Assembly (NCBI GenBank): GCA_951406725.2
Contig: OX597815.1
Location: forward strand, 171,182,001-171,246,000
Origin: Octopus vulgaris
Taxonomy: Eukaryota
Reading direction: 5' to 3'
Length of the DNA stretch: 64,000 bases
This document shows, piece by piece, positions 14,140-28,862 of this stretch (position 1 is its first letter; each line of letters starts with the position of its first letter). Made by a program: the position numbers and the translations under genes. The notes below the pieces were generated by a model, which was given only the letters and a program-made list of their open reading frames with translations, was not told the origin of the DNA and did no database searches.

Positions 14140-14506
14140 ATCAGTCTAGACTGCAGCCATGCTGGGGCACCGCCGTGAAGAATTTTTAGCAGAATCAATC
14201 TATTTTTAAGCCGCCACGTTACGGGGACATATACACACCAACACCGGTTGTCAAGCGGTGGAGGGGAAAAACACTGACACAAAGACATAGAAACACACAC
14301 ATACATACACACACACAGACACACACACATATATATATATATATTCGATGACTTCTGTCAGCTTCCATCTACCAAATCCGCTCACAAAGTTTTAGTCGGC
14401 CCAAAGCTATAGTAGAAGTCTTGTCCAAGGTACCACGTAGTGGGACTGAATCTGGAGTCCTGTGGTCGAGAAACAAGCTTCTTACCACACAGCCAAGCCT
14501 GCGCCT
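14140..14506 (-). mobile_element. SINE family A (diverged)
   Basis: Reverse complement of the 12746 copy. Confidence 0.85.
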
Positions 14507-14879
14507 ATAGTTGAATCTCACTGCGTAGCACGTATGCAAAAGTGTCGAATACTGTGTGTTGACATAAGTCAGAAACTATTTGGAAACCAAGCGGACGTCT
14601 TCTATATAGGACTCATAGCCCCAGCCTTCACGCTGTTCTGTTTAAAGATTCCGTTGAAACTATTCGAGTCAACGAAATACGTCTCTTCTTTTACTATAAT
14701 TGAATGAATATTCAATTCCGTTGAATATTCAACACACAAATCGACGCAAGTTCCATATGCTTAGTTTATAAACGAGACAGGTTATGTGTATACGTATGTG
14801 CGAGTGTAATCATATGTGCTTAACTGACTGTGTATGCATGTAGGTGAATCCATATTGATAGAATATTAAAACTCACAAA

Positions 14880-14925
14880 AACACACACACACACACACCC
14901 TACATGCACGCACGCAATATATACA

Positions 14926-14981
<56 letters not shown>

Positions 14982-15081
14982 TATATGTATACATGATAAT
15001 ATAATATATACTATATATTATGCATAAGCTAAGTATAAGTGATTGTGCATGTGTCGATTCTTGTGAACTCGTTTTGATAGA

Positions 15082-15164
<83 letters not shown>

Positions 15165-15263
15165 CACATAAATATATACATATATATACATATACATATA
15201 TGTATGACTATTCATATTTATGTGTTTTGTGTATATACATATATATGAATAAACATATGTATG

Positions 15264-15316
<53 letters not shown>

Positions 15317-15350
15317 GTACAGAATATATGTTTAATATAACATATATAGA
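14880..15350. repeat. Compound (CA)n/(TA)n/(TATG)n microsatellite
   Basis: Direct read. Confidence 0.9.
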
Positions 15351-15996
15351 TACACGTACAAATGCACTCATGTTTAAGTATTTATGTATGCATGTGCATA
15401 CATAGACACGTAAGTTGATGCATATATAAATGGGCATGTAAGTATGTGCTGTAACATTAAGTTAAAACGTACAAAGTCTTGCATATTTTATGTTACGTTT
15501 GTTTTTGTTCGTCGAAAATTCTTCGGAGTAAAAAACAAAATAATAATAATAATAAAAAGAAACAAAATGGAAAGAAAGAGAGAAAAACATTAACATAAGC
15601 AATTTGACGGGAGGATTCAGGTGATGTTGAAGAAAAGTAATCAATATTTTTTAATTTTCATTAATGCATAACATTAAGTGCGGAAGTCAATGTTAAAAGT
15701 GAAACGTAGGAAGCATTATTAAAGATCAGGGAAAGAAATCTGAAAGAAATTAAAAATATATCTTTTGTTGAAGAATGTAAAACAGAAACTGTGTTCAAAA
15801 CATAACCGTGATTCTTTTTAAAACAAAATAAAATACAATAAAACGTTAAAAAAAAAATCAGACAGAGCAACAAAGAAGTACAGAAAAAAATTATGCATTT
15901 ATTTATATTTTATTGATATTATTATTGTTTTGTTGTTGTTATGATTAATATTATTATTATTATTATTTTTATTTTTTTTTTTTTCTCATTTTCCAG

Positions 15997-16122
15997 GAAC
16001 TTGAGTGGTGACTTTTGCTTCCCAATTTAATATTATTGTGAAGCTCAGAAGTGAATGGATCACGTCACTTAAGAGAAGGAACAGAGCAATCAAAGAAATG
16101 AATAGACACCTTAGCATGAAAG
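15997..16122 (+). other. Candidate 126-nt exon (non-coding or start-codon exon)
   Basis: Long polypyrimidine tract ending TTTTCCAG, and AAG|GTGAGA donor; stops in all three frames near its 5' end. Confidence 0.35.
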
Positions 16123-16364
16123 GTGAGAGGATGGTAATAGGGGTGACCTATCATTCCCTCTCTGTCTCTCTCTGTCTTTTGCTCTCTCTCTCTCTCCCAA
16201 TCCAAATCTCTCTTTCAATCTCTCTCTTTCTCTCTCTCTCTCTCTCTTTCTCTCTCAGGCTCTCTCATCATCTTACCCTCTCTTACATATAGAGAGAAGT
16301 GTGTGATCTCTGGTGGCCATTAATGCTAACACTTATTTCCTATCGTATGGTATTGTATCTGCAA

Positions 16365-16468
16365 TGTGTATGTGTGTATATGTGCATGTGTGTGTATGTG
16401 TGTGTATGTGAATGCACATGCTTGTTTGTGTGTGTGCAAAACGGTTACATATATATGTGCAGATATAT

Positions 16469-16558
<90 letters not shown>

Positions 16559-16592
16559 GTATATACACATATTAAATGCATATGCATGTATG

Positions 16593-16630
<38 letters not shown>

Positions 16631-16870
16631 AATATATTTATATATGCATACATATATTCATATGTATATGTAATATATGTGTATGTATATGTATGTATAT
16701 ATGTGTGTATACATAAATACATACTCACACGCACGTGTATACAAACAGAGGCGACGAAACTTTATTCAGATTGAACTTGAATTCCTTTTGATTAATAATC
16801 ACATACATACATACTTGCACACACACATATAGGTATATATGTATGTGCATATCTATATAAATTAATATGT

Positions 16871-16907
<37 letters not shown>

Positions 16908-17349
16908 CACGTATATACACGCACACCATTATGTACATACACATGCATATATGCATGTGTATACATATATTGGTATATACATATAGGCACAGACACACAT
17001 ATAATATACTACAGACATACATACATACATACATACATACATACATACATACATACATACATACATACATAGACGAATGTTTGTATGTATGTTCTATGCA
17101 AGATCTAGTGCATCTGTATGTAGGCATGTAATACTTTTATTAATTCCAGTGACGTAATATCAGTCAGTTGATTCAGAAATCTTAATTCCTGCAAACGTTA
17201 CACCATTACGTTTATTACTTTTTATTAATTTTATATTCAGGAGTATTATTATTAACCTGATTTTGAATATTTATGTTTATACATCTACTCACTCACTACG
17301 ATTGCTATATATGCAAGTGATATATTCATACAAACATGTACAGTCAGCC

Positions 17350-17400
<51 letters not shown>

Positions 17401-17404
17401 CATG

Positions 17405-17438
<34 letters not shown>

Positions 17439-17451
17439 ACATACATACATG

Positions 17452-17529
<78 letters not shown>

Positions 17530-17580
17530 CCCCAGACACAATAATATATATATATATATATGTGTGTGAGTGCGTGTGCA

Positions 17581-17631
<51 letters not shown>

Positions 17632-17721
17632 CGAGACAATAATATTTTACTATAAAATTGGATTTAACCCTAAATCTGATTTTTGCCTGTAATTTTGGAT
17701 TCATTCCCTAATATTTATTAT

Positions 17722-17760
<39 letters not shown>
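16365..17760. repeat. Extended compound microsatellite field
   Basis: Alternating (TG)n, (TA)n and (CATA)n tracts. Confidence 0.9.
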
Positions 17761-18057
17761 CGCAGGAGTGGCTGTGTGGTATGTAGCTTGCTTACCAACC
17801 ACATGGTACCGGGTTCAGTCCCTCTGCGTGGCACCTTGGGCAAGTGTCTTCTACTATACCTATATACTATATATATATGTGTGTGTGTGCGCGCGCGTGT
17901 GTGTGTGTTTGTTCCCCCAACCGATGTTGGTGTGTTTATGTCCCCGTTACTTAGCAAAAGAGACCGATAGCATAAGAACTAGGCTTACAAAGAATAAGTC
18001 CTGGGGTCGATTTGTACTCCAGCAGTCAAATGACTGAAACATGTAAAAGAGTAAAAT
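17759..18057 (+). mobile_element. SINE family A with internal deletions
   Basis: Same head and tail as the 12746 copy. Confidence 0.9.
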
Positions 18058-18064
18058 AATAACA

Positions 18065-18235
<171 letters not shown>

Positions 18236-21200
18236 CGTTTCAAAATGTATTTAAATTTCATTTATGTATAGTGACATGAATATTAAAAGGCATTTTAATT
18301 TTTTGTGCTTACTTTAAGTGTACTAAGCTTAATTTATCTGGTGCATCATTTTGCTCTTGAATTCTCTCTACTTTCCTCTATTTTCTCTTTGTACTTACAT
18401 CAGTCAGTAAAAGTCTTCCTTTACTTTAAAATATTTAGCCCGCATTAGCTGTCATGTATTCATTCGCAAGTATTGTTTCCTTGAAGTTTCGTTCTTTATC
18501 TATTAACTAATCGTTTCAAAGTGATCTTCTTTAACTCGCCCCTTACAATGCTAATACTTTTTAGCTGGTTGGTATAGATTCACGTGTGAAAACGATCAGT
18601 TCAATGCGCAATTTTTTTTGGAAATATGAATTTGTTTTCTTTTTTGGTAACTACAATAGAACCACTTGAAGTTGCTTTGAAGACATTTACTGCTTAATGC
18701 TACATACATCTAAAATATTTTTGCAACACAATTCTGCAAGCGTCCAAGAAGATTCCATTTGAATCCATCAATAATTTGGAGTATGCCATGAAACATACTA
18801 AAAATACAGAGCAAACAAAGCCGACTAATAATCATGTGAAACCATGCTCTTTGACTAATATCGAAAAAAAGGTATTTTCTTCTCATTTCACATAGAAGAT
18901 TGTGTTACACTTGTTTCGAAAAGCCATCACATATTGCAGCGATCTGCATGATAAATATTTGTTTCAGCGCTGCAATCAGAATTAAATCTCTTTCGTAACG
19001 ATTGTATTGGATATTCGCCCAGTTTTTAAGCTGGGCGAATACAATAATAATCTTCAAATCTGATCTTTTCTTTCAGGGATCTCGCGGTGCTGAAATCAAA
19101 GCAAAATTAAAAAGTTGGGCGATACAATCACCAATCCTGCCTCATAGGGAAATATTAATTCTTGCAGGGAAAACATTTTACTCAAATTACTTGACCATAA
19201 TATATTTCTGCTACCTTTTCTTTCTGGTATATTGTCTCGTAAAAGACAGACCATAAAGGTTAACCCATGCAGAGTTGGTGCTAATAATCGTAAAGAGACA
19301 ACTATACATCCCATTATCATTTAGTCAGTCAGTTTGTTACTTCATCCAAGTGATTGCTTTGATCCGGGATATACATTTACGTCTTTTAACAAAGCTATTT
19401 TTTATAGAAATTTTTATAGATTTTGCCCTGGAATATGATTTACATTTTTATATTTTATTGCTCCCGGTGATAAAAGAGTCAGAGCTGGTCTTTGAAGGAG
19501 TTTATCAAAAAAATCACATAGGCTATATTAACTTTTGCAAGGCACTTAATCCAGATTTCAATCTTCTCTGCAAGTGATTGCCACCTTATATACAGATACA
19601 CTTTTAATATATAAGCATATAAGTTTGGTGAAGTAACGAAGATATTAAGTATCAAACAAGACCCCTTATATAATTACGTCGCTTTACGTTCCTTATTAAA
19701 TAATATAAGAAGCAACTTCATATTTCGTTTCTACATGTGCTGTATACCAGTGACGTAAAAAAAAAAAAGCAACATCCCATTGTCCAAAGTCTTCTCTAAG
19801 AAATATTTGGTTTTGCAGCAACGTTTAACATTTTACATATTAGTAATTCGTGTAACGAGCACTTTATAATAAAAACAAAATTCCTAACTAAACCAGTAAA
19901 ATAACCAGTTTTTGTGATATTTTAAATCTATCTATGGAGGCGTCACTCATCAATGTAACTTTAGAATTCCCATCTATTATTATAATACATCGTGGAGCAT
20001 TTTTTTTATGAGACCAGTTCTTTACTTGGATTCGATTCAAGCTGGAGTAGTTTTGGTTTCATTCCGAAAATACATCAATGATATAATGCCAGTTACTCTT
20101 TTGAAAGTTCTTTTATATTTCATCCTCTATGATAAAATTATTTTAGTTCCTGCTAGGGTCACATAGATGTTTCAAGTTATAGTTGATCAACATATCCTCG
20201 ATTTTAGTTGGTGAAGAGCCAAATATCCTCTAGGGTACAATATTTATGAGGGAAGTATAAATACAAAAATTGATGCAATGTATATGTGATCTTACCGCAT
20301 ATTATTCGCCCTTGTAGCCACTTAATTTATCATCGGTCACCTCAGCAAACACCTGCAGCCTAATCGTACAAGTAATTTTAGAATAATCATTGATATCAGA
20401 CGAAACATATTTGTGAAGTCCATCCAAACAATAGGAAAATAATAATAAAAAAAACAGTAAAATGTGTGCATTTTGTCTTGATTTCAGCACCGCGAGGTCA
20501 CTAAAAGAAAAGATCAGATTTGAAGATTATTACTATAAATATCTTTTGCTTTAAAGATGATATGAACCAAGTTAGTCACAAAATGGTAAGCATTTCCGAA
20601 CACCTTCCTTATCAAAGATTACACCGTATGGAACACTTGATATGTATTTCAAGAAATGGCGCATATGCTAAATGAACGTAAGAGATAATATTTTATATCT
20701 TAAAATATCACAATACTGTTTTGTTGTTTTTTTGTTGTATTTTTTTGTTGTTTTTTTTTGTCTGAAAAGAAACACCAAAAAAAGAAAGAGTGACGTAGAG
20801 CTAAAATTTAAAGAATTATGTTCGTCAAATACTAAAGGAATTATATTATGAAAAACAAAGCATAATTAGATCAGTATGATACACCCATACATGTGCAAGT
20901 ATTTGCATGGGCGTATGGTTCCCTGTGTTTGCGTGTGTGTGTCTATATATGGGTATTTATGTATACGTGTCCATATATGGGTGTTTATGTTTCATGTCCA
21001 TATCCACTCCAGCTGATATAGAAGCGTTGTATATGACATACCAGTGATTGTTACCTGCAATGGACTGGAGTCATATATATGTAAGAGATTTATTTTTCGT
21101 CCATGCAAGGTCACTAGATCCAGAATTCACCATAGCATTGTTAGCAATGGTTTATAATGACGATTATCACTACCAACTGCACACACGCACGCATATCTGT

Positions 21201-21759
21201 GTCCCTGTATAAGATGCATGTGAGTGTGTATGATTGTGCGCGTGCGTGCTTGAGTGTAACAGACAAGTGTATGCATATAGTGCATACAGACAAGTGCTTG
21301 AGTGTAACAGACAACTGTAATTTTGTATGCATATAGTGAATTAGATATTTTAGAAGCAATACTACTTGAAATTTGGTTGATATTTTGAATCCCTATTCCT
21401 ACACACACACAAACACATGCATATGTGTGTGTGTGTGAGTGTGTGTGTGTGAGTGTGTGTGTGTTTGTGTGTGTGTATGACGAGCTAATTTCAGTTTCTG
21501 TCTACGAAATCAACTCAAAAAGATTTGGTCAGCCCAAAGGTATAATATTAAACACTTGCCGGAGTTTCTACGCAGGGAACAGGAACCCGGAATCATATGG
21601 TTGGGAAGCAAATTTCTTACCATACACCCTAGGACTATATCTTCATATATAGAAAGAGATAGATGTACAAAAATGTACAAAGAGAAATAACTGAGAGGTA
21701 AGTAATTGGACAACATAGACAAATACAGGTATATCGAACACCATACAATATGAATTCTA

Positions 21760-22334
21760 TTGGGTTGTCCGGAAAGTTCGTGCCGATTTATAGTAGCTTA
21801 CATTTCGACTTATTTTAGAACATGGTTGAGTCCATAAAATAGGATTTCACTACACCTCCATTTAGAGCACAGTTTAAGCTATCTTTTCGTGGAAGAAGGT
21901 TTATGTTCCTATAACCTGTGTTAATTCTATAACCCTTTAAAATGGAAGATAGGAAAGTTCATTTTCGGCACTTGATGTTTTCTTTTTCCGTAAAGGGAAA
22001 ACTGCCTCACAAGCAACCAAAGAAATATGTGCAATTTACGGTGATGTTTCTTTATCCGAATGAACCGTACGGAAGTGGTTCGCAAGGTTCCGAGCTGGAG
22101 ATTGTAGCCTTGTTGATAAAGAGCAATCAAGCAGACCATCCACTACAGATGATGACGAAATCAAGTCATCAAATGAGAATAACCCACATTGCACGATACG
22201 AGAATTGGCAGAAAGCCTCAACCTATCAAAATCCGTCGTTCATGAGTACATGGTAAAGCTTGGGTCATGGCAAGTATTTATTGACCTTTTTCTTTCCTTT
22301 AAAAAAATCGGCATGAACTTTTCGGACAACCCAA
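21760..22334 (+). mobile_element. Internally deleted mariner element (N-terminal HTH only)
   Basis: ~30-bp TIRs TTGGGTTGTCCGGAAAGTTCGTGCCGATTT / AAATCGGCATGAACTTTTCGGACAACCCAA with TA flanks; MEDRKVHFRHLM...TVRKWFARFRAGD...RELAESLNLSKS; no catalytic domain. Confidence 0.92.
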
Positions 22335-22705
22335 TATATTTATTACAATTATCTCTGTCAGTGGAGTGTGTATCATAAGTAGCCTGGTAATTAAGACCAG
22401 CTCCCCGTCAGAAGTGGAGAGGATCTCACGATTCAAAAATTCTCCAAAATAGACCCGCCGTCAAGGACAAAGGACATGCTTATTGTCTGGAGATAAGGAG
22501 ATAGTCGTGGATACTTGTTCTTGGTTCAATAGCAATCATCAATCAGTACGGTAATTGTCCAACCTTATCAGCAGAGCCAAAAGATATCGGCTTATATATA
22601 TATATGTCTATATGTGTGGGTATGTATATTTGTATATATGTGTGTGTGAGTGCGTGTGTGTGTGCGTGCGTGTGTGTGCGTATGTCTGTGTGTGTGTGTC
22701 GGTGT

Positions 22706-22737
<32 letters not shown>

Positions 22738-22794
22738 ACACATAGGTTAGTATAGAGCAGTAAGAATGAGTGCTCAACATTGCATTGGTGGATT

Positions 22795-23195
22795 TATTCT
22801 TTTATTCTTTTATTTGTTTCATTCATTTGACTGGGGCCATGCTGGAGCACCGCCTTTGGTCAAGCAAATCGACACCAGGATTTATTCTTTGTAAGCCTAG
22901 TACTTATTCTATCGGTCACTTTTTTCCGAACTGCTAAGTTACGGGGACGTAAAACACACCAGCGTCGGTTGTCAAGCGATGGTGGGGGTACAAACTCAGA
23001 CACACAAACATACACATACAAAGATATATATATATATATACGACGGGCTTCTTTCAGTTTCCGTCTACCACATCCACTCACAAGGCTTTGGTCGGCCTGA
23101 GGCTATAGTGGAGCACAATTGCCTAAGGGGCTACGCAGTGGGACCAAGCTCGGAACCATGTGGTTGTTAGGTAAGCTACTTACCACAACCATACT
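22795..23195 (-). mobile_element. SINE family A
   Basis: Reverse complement of the 12746 copy. Confidence 0.9.
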
Positions 23196-23742
23196 ACCAT
23201 TGATTTTATCAAAAGCGAACATTTCAAATATTCTGGATGAAACCTTCCACTGCATGCATAAGGCATATTTCACAATCCAAAACTTCAAGCATGACACCTA
23301 CCTACTTTGTCACCCCACCAGCATGAATAGGTCTTTTTCTCTCTGGACATTAATTATATTAATTATATGCATAATATGAGTTTTATGCAAAAAGACACAT
23401 GTACCCTATAAACTTAAGCTGAGTTCCCATCACACAAATATATGGGCATCAAAAATATACAAGACATTATATTATATACACTATCTTACGAACCCACTGC
23501 TCATATATATATATCAAATTTAGTAAGGAGATAATAACCCAGAGGTTCCGCTAGTGTGTGAATATCTCTCGCGAACTCATGTGGTTTTATTGTGATTTTA
23601 TCGTGTATTCATCCAAGATGGAAAACGAACATCAATGTCCCGTGAAGTTTTGAAAATTGTTAAGAGATATACCTCGCCTAGCATGAACCTAATGGTAGCC
23701 TGGCTAGCTCACAAATAGAATATATAAGTGTGTGCGCGTGTA

Positions 23743-23777
<35 letters not shown>

Positions 23778-23804
23778 CTATATATATCTATACACATACA
23801 CATA

Positions 23805-23895
<91 letters not shown>

Positions 23896-23999
23896 ACATT
23901 CACTCGAATACGTAAATATATATATATACAAGTGAGTGTGTGTGCGTGTATGTATGTATGTGTGCGTGTCTCACACATACATACATACATACATACATA

Positions 24000-24585
24000 C
24001 ATAGAGGGGACAAACAAGGATAGAAAAAGGGATTAAGTCGATTACACCGACCCCAGTGCGTAACCGGTACTCACTTAATCGACCCCGAAAGGATGAAAAG
24101 CAAAGTCGACCTCGGTGGAATTTGAACTCAGAACGAAATACCTATTTCTTTACTACCCACAAGGGACTAAATACAGAGAGGACAAACAAGGACAGACAAA
24201 CGGATTAAGTCGAATTTATCGATCCCAGTACGTAACTGGTACTTAATTTATCGACCCGAAAGGATGAAAAGCAAAGTTGACGTCGGTGGAATTTGCACTC
24301 AGAACGAAATACCGGTAGACGAAATATCTATTTCTTTACTACCCACTAGGGGCTAAACACAGAGAGGACAAACAAGGACAGACAAACGGATTAAGTCGAT
24401 TATATCGATCCCAGTGCGTAACTGGTACTTAATTTATCGACACCGAAAGGATGAAAAGCAAAGTCGACCTCTCGGCGGAATTTGAACTCAGAACGTAGCG
24501 GCAGACGAAATACCGCTAAGCATTTCGCCCTGCGTGCTAACGATTCTGCCAGCTCGCGCTAACGATTCTGCCAGCTCGCTGCCCT
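24000..24585 (-). mobile_element. SINE family B with three tandem copies of the body
   Basis: GACAAACAAGGA...GGATGAAAAGCAAAGT...GAACTCAGAACG recurs at ~24010, 24180 and 24365; a single head at 24500-24580. Confidence 0.9.
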
Positions 24586-25144
24586 ACAAATGAATAAACA
24601 CAATCGATAAACCTGTAGACAAAATGCCATGCCGCGTTTAGATATGTCTCTTTACGTTCTGAGTTCAATTTCATAGGGATCGATTTTGCTTTTCATCCAT
24701 CCAATGTCGATACGATAAATACCCGTAAAGTAAAAATCAATATGATCGTCAATACTCCTCCCAAAAGTGTTTAACCTTGTGCTCATATTGAAAAATCAAT
24801 ATCAAGGACTGTTAACATGGGATTTTGTTCCATTTCACTACATTCTGACATCCATGGGGATCAATTTTGTCTTCCTCCTCATTGGAACGATAAAATAAGT
24901 ACAGTTGATTTAATCGATGGTTAAAAGTCAAGCCACTCACGTTATTTGTAATCTCTCTCGCTCTCTCTCACTCTCTCTTTCTTTCTCTCTCTCACGCACA
25001 CACAGATATACACATACCCGCACTCCCACGCACAACTGCGTGCACAGTATCTTAAAGATAGTGCAGCAGAAATACCGAGTTTTGTAAAGGGTGACTATTG
25101 AAGACAAACGTCACGTGTGCGTGCGTGTGTATATGTATGTATGC

Positions 25145-25219
<75 letters not shown>

Positions 25220-25324
25220 TACATACATACATAACATACATACATATACACATACACATGCATAACTCGTTTGTCTTTGTATTTCATGTCGTTTACACAG
25301 TTGGTGACGTCCTGTACCCATATA

Positions 25325-25374
<50 letters not shown>

Positions 25375-25422
25375 ATTTGTAAAAAATGAAGTTTGAAAAT
25401 GCCGCTATATTAGATAAATTTT

Positions 25423-25470
25423 AATTTTACATGTTTCGGTTCTTGAAATAACGAAACTTATCAATAAATT
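25423..25470 (-). ncRNA. Minimal hammerhead-like motif, U3-A8 core, degenerate stems
   Basis: AAUUUa-UUGAUAA-GuUUC guuauuucaa GAAcC-GAAA CAUG UA-AAAUU; palindromic ACAUGU stem III. Confidence 0.5.
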
Positions 25471-25655
25471 GTTTTATATAATAAAGAGAGTCCATGCTAT
25501 ATGCTTAAAGAGTATGATGGAACAGTTCATAATTGTGACATACATTCAATAGAGTCAAATATAAAAAATCCATGTTCTTGAAAAGGCGAGGAGTTCATTA
25601 TAGATTTTACCTTGTGTTCCAATGGGAGCAACAGTAATGATTCTTGGTCGGCGTC

Positions 25656-25718
<63 letters not shown>

Positions 25719-25750
25719 ACATATATACATATCATTTATTTATATATTCA

Positions 25751-25951
25751 TTGCCCACAGGGGGCTAAACATAGAGGGGACAAACAAGGACAGACTAAGG
25801 GATTAAGTCGACTACATCGATCCCAGTGAGTAGCTGGTATTTATTTAACCGACCCTGAAAAGATGAAGGGCAAATTCGACCTCGGTCGAATTTGAACTCA
25901 GAACGTAACGACAGACGAAATACCACTTAGCATTTCCCCCGCTCACCGCCC
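25751..25951 (-). mobile_element. SINE family B
   Basis: Family-B core on the minus strand. Confidence 0.85.
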
Positions 25952-26482
25952 TATTTTGTATTATTACTATTTAATTGAACGCCATTTCCAAATAAGTTTA
26001 TCTTCACCTTTTTGATGCAACTCGACTCTGTACTATTTTCTACCTCCATCCTTCTCTAATTACCTTTTTGTCCCCTCCCTCTTTCACCGTTTTTATCAGT
26101 TTATCTCTCTCCTTCAATCTCTTTTCTCTTTCTCCCGTTGCTCTCACGTGACCATCTTCCATCTTTCCTTTCCTCACGTGACGATCTTTCTTTTCCTGCA
26201 CGGACGTTCCAAAGACTGGATGCCTTATTTTTCTCTTCTATTCTTTCTCTTTCCAAAGAGAAGATTTCTCCCAGCGTTCACTATTTTCCTCTCATCTTCA
26301 GGAAATATACTCCTGCATAGAAATTTCTGGTACACGTTTCCCATACAGGTTTTCTTAGAGGTATATTAGCCCGACTGTTTTGGAGTTTTATGGGAGATCA
26401 TCAGAAACAGAGTTCTTCCCGAGGAGTTCACTGCCTGCATGCAGGATATTGTTCTTTTCGCTTTTCAACACTAACTTTACAC

Positions 26483-26885
26483 AAGCGCAAGCATGGCTGT
26501 GTGGTAAGAAGCTTGTTTTCCAATCACATGATTCCAGGTTCAGTCCCACTGCGGGACATTTTGGGCAACTGTCTTCGTCTCTAGCTTCAGGCCAACCAAC
26601 GATTTGTGACTGAATTTGGTAGATAGAAACTGAAAGAAACCGGTCGTATGTGAGCGCGCGCGTGTGCGTATCTTTGTGTCTATATTTGTCCCCCACCAAC
26701 ACTTGACAAATGGTGTTGGTGAGTTACGTCGTCATAACTTAGCGGTTCGGCAAAAGAGGCCGATAAAATAAGTATCGGGCTTAAGAAAAAAAAGGTACTG
26801 GGCTCGATTCATTCGACTTAAAATTTCTAAAGGCACTGCCCCAGCACAGATGCAGTGAAATGAATGAAACAAGTAACAGGTAAAA
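26483..26885 (+). mobile_element. SINE family A (diverged)
   Basis: GCGCAAGCATGGCTGTGTGGTAAG head through ATGAAACAAGTAA tail. Confidence 0.85.
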
Positions 26886-27004
26886 GATTTTTGCTGCTGT
26901 TTCTGTGGAAGTTCCCAGTTGATGTTCGGATCTTGCAGGTTTTAACATGTATGGAGTATGTAAGAATATGTGTGTATTTAAATACACACACGCGCACGTG
27001 CACG

Positions 27005-27200
27005 CACGGAATTTTGTCAGTGATCAGGTCGCGGTCTCAAAGCGATGAAAATATTTTGGCAAACTAAATTTAAATGCTGAAGTGAATCTAACGGTTTTTG
27101 TGTGTTTTTAAATGGCTCATAAACACCTTCCACGCTGCAATTGTTTTTGTTTCAGCACACGATCTCAGATCAGGACGCTTGCTATGCAAGTACATCTCCG

Positions 27201-27203
<3 letters not shown>
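27005..27203. mobile_element. Non-autonomous DNA-transposon-like repeat
   Basis: AATTTTGTCAGTGA...GGTCGCGGTCTCAAAGCGA...TCTCAGATCAGG...TCCGTAATA recurs at 57225-57397 and 60635-60810; family not assigned. Confidence 0.6.
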
Positions 27204-27527
<324 letters not shown>

Positions 27528-28001
27528 TAGAATCTGCGATGATTAACTGAAGAATGGATTCACTACAAATTTAGAGTCAGATATTTTTAGTAAGTTTCGT
27601 CAAAGTTTCGCCAGTTTTCGTCCACTCTAGGCTACAAAATTTTCTCTGCTTGTACGACTTTTAATAGTAGGTCTTTCTATGTGCGTTTGTACGACGCAGT
27701 TGCAGGCCATTCTAGTAATGAAATAGAATGTTAGAGACGATAAGGAATATTGGTAATTATAACATCAAACAAAAAATATGGAGATAAATAATGAATGAAA
27801 AACGTAGCGGTGAAAAAGAAGGAGATGAAGGGATGGGAAGGAAATGTTAGTGGTTGGGAATGAGAGGAGTTTTAATTATAAACGTAGTTTTACATACTGA
27901 AGTAATTGTCAACCTTTCTTAATAGCCATACTTCTATTTCAATATCAGAACGATCTCCTAACATCATATATTAAATCCGACTACTCAAAAGAAAAAAGGA
28001 A

Positions 28002-28260
28002 AGGAGAAGCGCGTGGCTTAGTGGTTAGGGTGTCAGCACCATGATCGTAAGATTGTGGCTTCGATTCCTGGACCGGGCGAAACGTTGTGTTCTTCAGCAA
28101 AACACTTCATTTCACGTTGCTCCAGTCTACTCAGCTGGCAGAAATGATTAATGCTGCGATGGACTGGCGTCCCGTCCAACTGGGGAGCACATACACCATA
28201 GAAACCGGGAAACCGGGCCCATGAACCTGGCTAGGCTTTAAAAAAAAAGGGGCGCATTTA
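28002..28260 (+). mobile_element. tRNA-derived SINE (family C variant)
   Basis: GCGTGGCTTAGTGGTTAGGG A box, TTCGATTCC B box; 3' half shared with the 53795 copy. Confidence 0.88.
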
Positions 28261-28479
28261 TTATTTTTTTTTTACTCAGATAAAAACCAAATTATATAAA
28301 CAGTGAAGCAGAGTACATTTTGCAACTTTAAAAGTCTAACAAATGTGTAAACTTCGAAGCTACTTCAATACATTAAATGCGCGCACACGCACACACGCAC
28401 ACACGCACACACACATGGGATCTGCCCGCTGTTCAGGAGTAAATCCTGGAACAGCACAGAAAAGCATCAAGTAAGGCTA

Positions 28480-28862
28480 ATCTACCGATTAAGGTAGTAG
28501 AAAGGCCTGGTGCCCCTATAAAATCCCTGATCTGTAGAACCTTTCTTAAGTCCCCATGTACGGAGAACAATTGTGTTGTATGTGGAGCGAACACACAGGT
28601 TAACTATAAGGTTAGGAATTTAGTGAATAGCTTACGATGTACTGAGGGCCGGTGCAGAAACATGGCAACATTGAAGAGTCTGCACGCAGCATAGGGGTGC
28701 GTATAGGTGAATACTGACGAGAACTCAAAGAAGAGAAAGGCTCGTTAGTGCTCTGCCAACATGTTAAGGCAGAGCATGGAGGTTCGATTAATAGCAAAGA
28801 GGTTCAAATATTATTGACGCATAGAACTGACACGACACTTAGACAGATCACAGAGGCTCAAA
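28480..28862 (+). pseudogene. Penelope-like element GIY-YIG endonuclease relic
   Basis: PCTENNCVVC...VRNLV.SLRC...IEESARSIGVRIGEY*...LCQHVKAEHGG...EVQILLTHRTDTTLRQITEA. Confidence 0.8.
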
